The translations under genes and the position numbers were made by a program. Shown here piece after piece: positions 56,531 through 64,000 of a stretch of DNA of 64,000 nt. Location of the stretch: positions 4,108 through 68,107 of the forward strand of contig JAJCYY010000013.1 in NCBI GenBank assembly GCA_029262735.1. Reading direction: 5' to 3'. The notes under the pieces were generated by a model, which worked only from the letters and a program-made list of their open reading frames with translations, did not search any database and had not been told where the DNA came from. This stretch comes from Chloroflexota bacterium (GTDB taxonomy: Bacteria > Chloroflexota > Dehalococcoidia > Lucifugimonadales > Lucifugimonadaceae). The number at the start of each line of letters is the position of its first letter. Within the stretch, counting starts at the first letter, position 1.

Positions 56531-58762
56531 CTAGTCAGCAGCTCCTGAAGGAACAACACCGGGCAGCGAAACGGTTTCGTGGCTTTCGCCCTCAACGTCA
56601 AGGCGTGGGAGCCATTCGAGCCAGGACGGGAAGTACCAGTTCTTGTCGCCCAGCAGAACCATGCTTGCCGGAACCAGGACCGAACGGACCAGAGTAGCGT
56701 CGATGATGACCGCTGCTGCAAGGCCGAATCCCATCTGCTGGAACATGGCCATGTCACCGATGGCGAAACCACCGAACACTCCGACCATGATCAGCGCCGC
56801 GCCGGTGATGATTCCGGCAGTCGAGCGAAGACCGAATGCCACTGAAGCCTTGTTGTCACCGGTCCGGTCGTAGTGCTCCTTGATCCGGCTCAGTAGGAAA
56901 ACGTGGTAGTCCATCGACAGTCCGAACAGGATGCTGAAGAGGAACAGCGGCAGCCAGAACTCGATCACTGGCGATTCCTGGAACCCGAGAATGTCAGCGC
57001 CGATGCCCTGTTGGAAGACCAGGACGAGCAGGCCGTATGCTGCGCCAACCGAAAGTACGTTCATCAACACCGCTTTGATCGGAACGACCACGCTCCGGAA
57101 CACGATCATCAGGAGCAGGAAACTGCTGCCGAGCACGAGCCCGAACACGATCGGCAGCCAGCCGGTGATCATGCCGACGCTGTCAACCGTTTCAGCTGTC
57201 GGTCCCGTCACGTAGACGGCTGCAATTCCGTCGAACGCCGCAGGGATGTAGTCATCACGAAGCCTCGACAGAGCTTCCTCCGCAGGCTTGCCTGAGAAGT
57301 CACCCTGGATGACCGCACTGACCACCGCAAGGTCGTCGTTGGGCGCTATCGTCACCCGGGTGTCTCCATAGAAGTCGTCTCCTGCCAGATCGGATTCAAG
57401 CTGAGAAATGCCAGCCTGAATCTCTGGCGAGGTAACGTCCCGAGCATCGATCACGACGTCGGATGTGATAAGTCCATCACTGAACTCCGCAATCACTACC
57501 TCGAAAGCCTGCCGAGTCGAGTTGTCTTCGGGAAGCGAGGAGATCCCACTTGAACCCAGGTCCATCGTGAACACGGCGGTTGAAACTGCTATCAGCGCCC
57601 CACCCGTCACCACGATGCTCAGCACCGGCTTTGCAGTCACCACACTCGTAATCTTGTCCCAGATCCCGCCTTCGTTTGATTCTGTGTCTCCAGCCTCGGC
57701 CTTCCGACTCACGAATGGAATTCGCAGCCAGTAGACGCGGTGCCCGAGCAAGCTGACCAGGGCAGGTAGCAATGTCGATGCTGCCGCCACTGCTGCAATA
57801 ACCACCACAATTGCACCGAGACCGAAGCTCCGGAATGTCATGTCAGGAATGATCAGGAGACCTGTGAGAGCGATCATCACTGCGACGCCTGAGACCATGA
57901 CGGTCCTGCCAGCTGTGTTTCCAGCAGCCGTGATCGCTGTGATTTTGTCCTTGCCCTTTGCGAGTTCTTCTCCGTATCGCTTCACGATAAACAGTGCGTA
58001 GTCAATGCCAACGGCCAGTCCGATCATGGTAATGATCTGGACGACGAACTGGTCAAGGTCCATCACCCGCCCGATAGTTGCACTGAGCGCGATGGCGACC
58101 AGGATTGATGCGATTGCCAGGAGAATCGGCAACCCCGCTGCGACCGCTGCACCGAACACGATCAAGAGAACCACGAGTGCGAAGACGATGCCAATCGACT
58201 CGCCTTTCGCAAGGGTCTCTTCGGCAAGACTCGCGAACTCAGTCTCAACGCTGCCCTGTCCAACGGAAGTGACAGAGAACTCCGGTGCTTCGTCCGCTCC
58301 GTTCAGGACGTCGAGAACCGGTTCAATAACATCTACGGCTTCATCGTCCGGTACAGACAACGACGTAATAAGGAGGGCCGTGCTGCCGTCCGATGTAACC
58401 AGCCCATCCCCGCCGTTGACGTAGCTCTCCACACCTATCACGTCTTCTAACGCCAGCAGGTCATCTGCCAAGGAAGAGACAAAGGCTCGATTTGCAGAGT
58501 CCTCAGCTCCGCCAGACCCAAACTCAACCAGGACGAATTCCTTCGATGCCTCGTCTGAATTGATCCGCTCGTCGATCAGATTTCTCGCTATCCCAGATTC
58601 CAAGTTTGTGCTTCCGGAACCGTCGTTCGTCGTTGCATCTCCTATGCCACCCGCCAGGAAGAATGCCACTACGAGAATCGCCATCCAGGCTCCCAGGACT
58701 TTCAGGCGGTTCCGTGCGCTGAAGTTCGCCAACCTTCCGGTGATATTGCTGCTGCTGCCCAT
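56531..58762 (-). CDS. MMPL-family (RND superfamily) membrane transporter
   Basis: The 743-aa product has two 6-TM bundles separated by periplasmic domains and typical MMPL motifs. Confidence 0.8.
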   Translation of the reverse strand: MGSSSNITGRLANFSARNRLKVLGAWMAILVVAFFLAGGIGDATTNDGSGSTNLESGIARNLIDERINSDEASKEFVLVEFGSGGAEDSANRAFVSSLADDLLALEDVIGVESYVNGGDGLVTSDGSTALLITSLSVPDDEAVDVIEPVLDVLNGADEAPEFSVTSVGQGSVETEFASLAEETLAKGESIGIVFALVVLLIVFGAAVAAGLPILLAIASILVAIALSATIGRVMDLDQFVVQIITMIGLAVGIDYALFIVKRYGEELAKGKDKITAITAAGNTAGRTVMVSGVAVMIALTGLLIIPDMTFRSFGLGAIVVVIAAVAAASTLLPALVSLLGHRVYWLRIPFVSRKAEAGDTESNEGGIWDKITSVVTAKPVLSIVVTGGALIAVSTAVFTMDLGSSGISSLPEDNSTRQAFEVVIAEFSDGLITSDVVIDARDVTSPEIQAGISQLESDLAGDDFYGDTRVTIAPNDDLAVVSAVIQGDFSGKPAEEALSRLRDDYIPAAFDGIAAVYVTGPTAETVDSVGMITGWLPIVFGLVLGSSFLLLMIVFRSVVVPIKAVLMNVLSVGAAYGLLVLVFQQGIGADILGFQESPVIEFWLPLFLFSILFGLSMDYHVFLLSRIKEHYDRTGDNKASVAFGLRSTAGIITGAALIMVGVFGGFAIGDMAMFQQMGFGLAAAVIIDATLVRSVLVPASMVLLGDKNWYFPSWLEWLPRLDVEGESHETVSLPGVVPSGAAD

Positions 58763-58963
58763 CTCTAAATCCCTCCTGTGCTTCCCGACACAATGGCCGA
58801 AAGCGTGCTTGTTGCTTGGACACCAAGTTAGGCGGGTTGGTCAGGAGCGTCGTCATACTGAGGGAGCGCAGGCGGTCTGCTGAGAGGTGAAATCCGCTGT
58901 CGCCTTTTGACAGAGGTCTAGGACGCGAAGTAGTCCTATTGAGGTATGGACCGGAGCGGCGGG

Positions 58964-59647
58964 CTAGTGGCTGTTGGTTCCCGGCTGAACCAATCCTGCG
59001 TTGTAGGCGAAGATCACAGCCTGGGTGCGGTCTCGGACGCCGAGCTTTGCCAGCACCCTCTGAACATGAGTTTTTACTGTGCCTTCGGTCACAACAAGCT
59101 CCGTCGCAAGCTCCTGGTTTGAAAGTCCGCGGGCTACTAAGTGAAGTACCTCGGTCTCACGTTCAGTCAACAGTTCAAGTTTGCCAGCGGTGTTGGGATC
59201 TACAGACGAAGACGGCGACTGTGCGAACTCGTTGATAAGTCTTTTCGTGACTGAAGGCGACAGGAGTGAATCTCCTGCCGAAATTACCTTGATGCCGCTA
59301 ATCAACTCATCAGCCGGGGTTCGCTTCAGCAAAAATCCGCTGGCACCCGCCCGCAAGGCCTGAAAGACGAATTCATCTTGCTCGAACGTTGTCAGCATGA
59401 GGATTCGTGGACCTTCATCTCCCGTTGAGCGATTAGCAATGAGCCGTGTCGCCTCAATTCCGTCCATTTCTGGCATCTGGATATCCATCAGCACAACATC
59501 TGGATTGAGCTGCTCGACGAGCGTTACAGCGACTGCACCGTCTGGCGCCTCACCAACCACTTCAAGCTCATTGTCAGACTCAAGGATCATCTTGAGGCCC
59601 ATGCGCACCAGATCGTCGTCGTCCACCAGAAGTAGCCGTATTGACAT
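58964..59647 (-). CDS. two-component response regulator, NarL/LuxR family
   Basis: The product has a receiver domain (MSIRLLLVDDDDLVR...) and a C-terminal LuxR HTH (LTERETEVLHLVARGLSNQELA). The start was chosen at MSIRLL with AGGAG upstream. Confidence 0.85.
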   Translation of the reverse strand: MSIRLLLVDDDDLVRMGLKMILESDNELEVVGEAPDGAVAVTLVEQLNPDVVLMDIQMPEMDGIEATRLIANRSTGDEGPRILMLTTFEQDEFVFQALRAGASGFLLKRTPADELISGIKVISAGDSLLSPSVTKRLINEFAQSPSSSVDPNTAGKLELLTERETEVLHLVARGLSNQELATELVVTEGTVKTHVQRVLAKLGVRDRTQAVIFAYNAGLVQPGTNSH

Positions 59648-59649
59648 TG

Positions 59650-60885
59650 CTAAACTCCTGCCGAACCGGTCGAGTTGATTGGGAACGTCGCGAAAACCCG
59701 CCATCCACCGTCGTCGGTCTGACCCGCCTCGAACTTGCCATTGAACATAGCGACCCGCTCTCGCATCCCGACCATGCCTCGCCCACCGCTCGTGCGACCG
59801 GAATTTCGGTCGTTTCCGGAGCCATCGTTCAGGACGGTAAGCGCGATCAGGTTTTCTGAATAAGAGATCTTTGCGACGGCATATGAGCCGGCAGCGTGCG
59901 TCATCACATTTGTAAGCGCTTCTTGCATCACCCGGTATGCCGACAGGTCGACGCTCGGTGCCAACGAGATCGGAGTTCCCGCCATCTCCATCTCGACGGC
60001 TTGACCAGCAGCTCGGACCTCCTCGATCAATGAGTTGACTCGGCTCATTGACGGCCTGCCTTCGAGCGCTTTGACGGAGTCTTGCATGTCTTCGGTGTCT
60101 TCCGGATCTTGCAGAATGCCAAGCATCCGATCGACATCTGAGAGAGCCTGTCGGCCTGTCGATTCAATCGATTTAAGTGTCTCGAACGCCTTATCAGGAG
60201 ACGCCGTGAAAATCTTTTGCGCTGCTCCTGCCTGGATCACAACGAGATTTAGTGTGTGCCCGACAACATCGTGGAGTTCGCGAGCAATGCGAGCTCGTTC
60301 AAATTGAGCCGCCTCTCGCCTGACGCGCACCTGCTCGTCCGAAAGTTCCGAGACCGTAAGTTCGGCGATCTCCAGTCTCGTTCGCCGAGAGCGAACAACG
60401 CTACCTGCGATCCACACACCTGCGAACAGAATGTTGATGACGATCGCGTTATCGGTCTCTTCATGTATGAAACCAAATACTGCAATGACGATAGCGAATA
60501 TGATCAAGCCACCGATCATCGACTGCCGGTCGTCGGTGGTGCTCGTAACCACATACAACCCGATTATGGTGGTCAGTTGTACGACCCATACGGTGTCGTA
60601 GTCGAGCGCCGCATGAGCGACGAACGCGGACCCAATAACCGTCAGTACAGCTAGCGGCGCGCGGCGTACGAAAACGAGAGGCAGGACCTGCGCCACTGCA
60701 AGAAACCCACCCAGCACACTTTCCTGCTTAAACCCGCTTTCTGGCGTCGGCTCTATCCGAAGATCAAGGGCTAAAAAGATGAGGAATACGATTGTCGCCA
60801 AACTCGGCGAAACGTACGGATTTCGCTGGTCTAACTTCCGATACCGATCCCAGGTTGTTTCGAGCCAATTCATATTGGGCACCAT
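59650..60885 (-). CDS. sensor histidine kinase (HisKA_3/NarX-DesK type)
   Basis: The product has N-terminal TM segments, an H-box ARELHDVVGHTLNLVVIQAGAA and a C-terminal HATPase_c region. Confidence 0.8.
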   Translation of the reverse strand: MVPNMNWLETTWDRYRKLDQRNPYVSPSLATIVFLIFLALDLRIEPTPESGFKQESVLGGFLAVAQVLPLVFVRRAPLAVLTVIGSAFVAHAALDYDTVWVVQLTTIIGLYVVTSTTDDRQSMIGGLIIFAIVIAVFGFIHEETDNAIVINILFAGVWIAGSVVRSRRTRLEIAELTVSELSDEQVRVRREAAQFERARIARELHDVVGHTLNLVVIQAGAAQKIFTASPDKAFETLKSIESTGRQALSDVDRMLGILQDPEDTEDMQDSVKALEGRPSMSRVNSLIEEVRAAGQAVEMEMAGTPISLAPSVDLSAYRVMQEALTNVMTHAAGSYAVAKISYSENLIALTVLNDGSGNDRNSGRTSGGRGMVGMRERVAMFNGKFEAGQTDDGGWRVFATFPINSTGSAGV

Positions 60886-60967
60886 ACTCCAGAGGCAGTA
60901 GTCATGAAGCCACGAACACCTCTTCGGGTGTTAGTGGCTTCGTTGACCGGTTGAGTGTTGAACGGGT

Positions 60968-61570
60968 TCACTGGCTCCGAGCGATCATCGCTTTCTCAAA
61001 CGTGACGCTCACACTGCCAAGCCAGTTCAGCAGATGCAGCGAGACGAAGAACAGGAACACTCCTGGGACCAGGAACATCAGAGCTTCGCTTGCCGTGTCA
61101 ACTTGCCAATTACCAACTTCCCAATCAACCCATCGGTAGAAGATCCACAGTGTGGCTGTTGCGCCACTCACCGCCAGGGTCGTGACCGCGACCGTGAATG
61201 TCGCGATCCCGAGCGGGAACCTGGCAAGCAGGTACACGATGCCGGACCAGGTGGTTCTGTCGCTGAACAGTGCTTTGAGTTTTGCGATCCAGTTCCCTGT
61301 TGCCGGTGGCATCAATGGGACCTCGTCCATGTCCGCACCGAGCAACCCAACGGCAAGTTCTCGCTCAAACCGCATCATAGCCCTGGTTCCGATTGCGACC
61401 AGCATCAAGATTGGAATCCCCACTAAGGCGAGCGGCATTAGACCGGTTCCGAGAGACACCCCTGTAACGAGAAATGTGAAGTAGGCGATCCCGAGTGGGA
61501 GGCCTAAAAGCATGTAAACCGCCGTTGTCCACGTTTTTGGTTTTGCGACGACTGAGAAGAAGCTGCTCAT
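60968..61570 (-). CDS. polytopic membrane protein with internal duplication (putative-sensor-domain-like), upstream of the HK/RR pair
   Basis: The product has two similar halves (LLGLPLGIAYFTF... and LLARFPLGIATFTV...). Confidence 0.5.
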   Translation of the reverse strand: MSSFFSVVAKPKTWTTAVYMLLGLPLGIAYFTFLVTGVSLGTGLMPLALVGIPILMLVAIGTRAMMRFERELAVGLLGADMDEVPLMPPATGNWIAKLKALFSDRTTWSGIVYLLARFPLGIATFTVAVTTLAVSGATATLWIFYRWVDWEVGNWQVDTASEALMFLVPGVFLFFVSLHLLNWLGSVSVTFEKAMIARSQ

Positions 61571-62081
61571 TGGAACGATCCTCGATTGGTTGATTCAATT
61601 CGATATGAACCAGCCTATTCAGGTCCGCGCCAAACAGCGTCTGTCGAGGGTGGGATCATTCCGTAAGCACTTTGACGTACATCGATCGACCCGTAAGTTA
61701 GACCGGGCAGCGTGCCTCATACTCAAATCAGGTCAAAGCTTCATTCACGATCGGTATGAATCGTTTGCGGACCCGGCTCACAGGAGTGCGACGTCGCTCA
61801 GATTTCACGTGCCTTGAGAGAGCGCAACAGTAGTACCAGTTGCTCTGTCTGTTTGTCGCTCATTCCAGCGATTGCGGGGCTTTTTCCAAGGACTCGAGCG
61901 TCGAGGTTTCGGCACTAATCGGCATTCCTGTGCAGCCTTGTGATCCCATAATAGCCACGTACAAGATAGGGAGTGTCAGGGATTGTCAGGGTTTGGTTGT
62001 ACAGTACGGTCATCCCACGGGCGTGTGAATACGAAAGCAATGGATTCCATACGGAATGCAACAGGACAAGGAGTAAGGCTG

Positions 62082-62339
62082 ATGCGATTTCTTATCGAGG
62101 AGACATTTAAAGCACCGCCAACGGCAGAAGTTCAAGCCCTCGTTCCAGCTGAGCAAGCGAGAGTCAAAGAACTGACAGAACAAGGGCTGATAGCCGCTGT
62201 GTACATAGCGGCTGATCAATCACGTGCGTGGGCGTTGTGGAATGTCGATTCTGAAGCTGCCTTAGAAGAAGCACACAATTCCCTGCCGCTCCATCCGCAT
62301 ATGAACAGCGAGATTACGGTGCTGGCTGAGGAGGCGTAA
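62082..62339 (+). CDS. muconolactone delta-isomerase-like protein
   Basis: The product begins MRFLIEETFK... and carries ALWNVDSEAALEEAHNSLPLHPHM.SEIT.L, matching the MIase family pattern (LWRV.G......FDV....EL...L..LPL.PYM.IEVTPL). AGGAG lies upstream. Confidence 0.6.
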   Translation: MRFLIEETFKAPPTAEVQALVPAEQARVKELTEQGLIAAVYIAADQSRAWALWNVDSEAALEEAHNSLPLHPHMNSEITVLAEEA

Positions 62340-62375
62340 CCCCAAAGAGGATGACGGTGGTAGCCGAGTGTGAGC

Positions 62376-62430
62376 TGGTGACGCGCCGGGGGCTCGAACC
62401 CCGAACCTAGTGATTAAGAGTCACCTTGTC
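62376..62430 (-). repeat. tRNA-like 3' fragment (tRNA-Lys(CUU)-like anticodon arm, T-arm, acceptor and CCA), possible att site
   Basis: The minus-strand sequence CTCGACAAGGTGACTCTTAATCACTAGGTTCGGGGTTCGAGCCCCCGGCGCGTCACCA has no matching 5' acceptor or D-arm upstream. Confidence 0.45.
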
Positions 62431-62485
62431 GAGCCATCTCAAAATGCGGCGAAAGGGACTTTTGTGAGCGGATACAATCGCACCT

Positions 62486-63166
62486 GTGCTAACTCGAATT
62501 CGCCGTTTCCTGCAGACGATCGATAGGCGACAACCGACGAGGTTGACCTGGATCGTAGTTTCGGTTGTCGCATTGCTGGGTGGCCTGTTTTGGATGGTTT
62601 ACCTACTCCCTCCCCCTTCGAGCTGGCCGGACAAAACGGTTGCCGAGCGATTTGCTTTAGTCGGTGCTCTCGTTTCCTTCTTTGGCTTGATCGCAGCGGT
62701 CGTCGCCCTGCTCTATGCGGTCGAGGAGGTGCGCCAGATTTTTCCGGGACAGGATCTTAAGGTCATTTCTGTGATGCAAGCGGACACCACAGAAAGAGAA
62801 GGTATGACGGCATTCGTCGAGGTCATGAACGACGCCTCAGGTTCAATCGTGAATGCACTAAGAATCGAACTCACGGTTCACATGCCAAGCGACAGTGCAA
62901 TCAAGTTGTCCGATTTCGACGGCATGTATAGCCAACCTGCGCAGCCCCGTCCCGGCAGATGGGAGTTCCAGGCACCAGACATCTGGGTATTTCAGTCTGA
63001 ATCGAGATTGTTCCCAGGTGCATCGATCGTTGGACCCGAACTTCACGTTCCCGGTGAATTTGAGATCGACACCATCGACCAAATCCGGTGGTCTGGTCAA
63101 TGGTGGACGGACCGACGCGGTCCAGAACCGTTCACGACCGGCAAAGCGGGAATTCGCACATCGTGA
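62486..63166 (+). CDS. hypothetical membrane protein
   Basis: The 226-aa product has two N-terminal TM segments. The local sequence is AT-richer. Confidence 0.45.
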   Translation: MLTRIRRFLQTIDRRQPTRLTWIVVSVVALLGGLFWMVYLLPPPSSWPDKTVAERFALVGALVSFFGLIAAVVALLYAVEEVRQIFPGQDLKVISVMQADTTEREGMTAFVEVMNDASGSIVNALRIELTVHMPSDSAIKLSDFDGMYSQPAQPRPGRWEFQAPDIWVFQSESRLFPGASIVGPELHVPGEFEIDTIDQIRWSGQWWTDRRGPEPFTTGKAGIRTS

Positions 63167-63232
63167 GTGCGGTTATTTCGGCTTTGATGCTAGAGTAGAA
63201 ACCGACCGGCCAAGTCACAAAGGTGGCACCTC

Positions 63233-63946
63233 ATGGGTGGACCACGTAGGCCGGTGCCGCGCCGCCATTGTCCGCAGTGCGACCCGCCGGTTTCAGCCGG
63301 CACTCCCCCGCCCGAACTGACCGGAAAATCCTGCACTGCAACGCTCGGGAAAGACGGTCCAACGTGCAGCAGACCAGCCGTCCAGCTCGACAAGCACAAT
63401 CGCCCCATCTGCAACGCGAAGGTGTGGACCAACGTACGGTCGCATGAGACCGGCGCTCACAGCCAGGTCACCAGCGTTGCGGCTCTGGATTCCGAACCTG
63501 CAGCCGAACCGGTCCTCGCGTCAGTAGCTCAGGATCTACCGGACCAGGTCGACGCCGGCGATGTCACACATCCGGTATTCGCCGAGGAGCTGGTTCGGAC
63601 TGTGGTTCGGCAAGAGCTGACCAGCTTCGCAACCGACGTACTCGGGTTACCGGCGACGATGGCCCAGGGCGATGCTCCGGTAGCACTTCACCCTGTCGGA
63701 CTCTGCACCGATGGGCGCTGCCAGCCGTGCCGAGCGCAGCGCAGCGGCGAGCACAACCAAGCGAAAAAGCTGCTCGCCGGCGACATCGGAAAAGCGATCG
63801 AACACACCGGCCGAGATGCGGTTGCGGAGATGATCCGCAACGATGGTTCGGATGCCCTGGCAGACGTGCTTGAGGACTGGAAAGAGGCCGGCCGGCCGGA
63901 TCCTGCAGCTGCGCCAGCTGAGCAGGTCCAGGTGGTGGCGTCGTGA
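63233..63946 (+). CDS. hypothetical protein
   Basis: The 237-aa ORF has a Cys-rich N-terminus (CPQCDP...C..C). No recognisable domain was found. Confidence 0.4.
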   Translation: MGGPRRPVPRRHCPQCDPPVSAGTPPPELTGKSCTATLGKDGPTCSRPAVQLDKHNRPICNAKVWTNVRSHETGAHSQVTSVAALDSEPAAEPVLASVAQDLPDQVDAGDVTHPVFAEELVRTVVRQELTSFATDVLGLPATMAQGDAPVALHPVGLCTDGRCQPCRAQRSGEHNQAKKLLAGDIGKAIEHTGRDAVAEMIRNDGSDALADVLEDWKEAGRPDPAAAPAEQVQVVAS

Positions 63947-64000
63947 GCGACAACCCACCCGAGGACCAGCTGCCCGACGAGGACCAGCAGCAAGATCCGG

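Noticed and set aside
1-64000. CRISPR array or cas genes
   Set aside because: No regularly spaced short direct repeats with unique spacers were seen. The only tandem repeats are the hexamer SSR, the heptamer triplet and the 12-bp-period dyads.

Overview
The window is high-GC bacterial chromosomal DNA. The Cheo-type LexA box and gene content suggest a Gram-positive-like or Chloroflexota-like lineage, but the taxon cannot be fixed from sequence alone. Coordinates are 1-based; gene boundaries are approximate and "about" is implied for most start sites.

Genome layout, left to right:
- **Core metabolism (1–6.4 kb):** malic enzyme, ferredoxin-NADP reductase, a beta-hydroxyacid dehydrogenase, and a two-subunit molybdo-hydroxylase.
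- **Cobalamin block (6.4–12.7 kb):** a clear cobalamin riboswitch drives a btuC/F/D-like ABC importer. It faces a cobT-cobS-cobU operon on the opposite strand.
- **SOS mutagenesis cassette (12.9–18.2 kb):** Cheo-type LexA box, imuB, a small coupled ORF, and dnaE2.
- **NHL-repeat, DUF1501 and DUF1800 genes (18.4–22.0 kb).**
- **Accessory block (22.2–42.5 kb):** about 20 kb that looks AT-richer by eye. It is partitioned by three direct-repeat copies of the 3' portion of a tRNA-Leu(UAG); the intact gene sits at 42494..42579 on the minus strand. This pattern fits tandem accretion of integrative islands, although no integrase gene is present. The segments carry:
  - a coiled-coil hypothetical gene and two tandem paralogous small membrane proteins;
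  - a compact three-gene operon encoding a SAM-methyltransferase-like protein, a ParB/DUF262-like protein and an SplB-like radical-SAM protein;
  - an SPFH/flotillin gene with small membrane partners;
  - an HTH-STAND-TPR NTPase, an MFS transporter and a KAP-family NTPase.
- **Downstream (42.6–64 kb):** an SMP-30 lactonase, a strong bidirectional terminator, an isolated ftsZ, a Pro/Glu-rich protein, a sugar-acid catabolic cluster, a lipoprotein, an MMPL transporter with a two-component system, a muconolactone isomerase, a tRNA-Lys-like 3' fragment, and AT-richer hypothetical genes.

No CRISPR array, transposase or integrase was found. Many additional six-frame ORFs lie antisense to clear genes; these are artefacts of high GC and were ignored.
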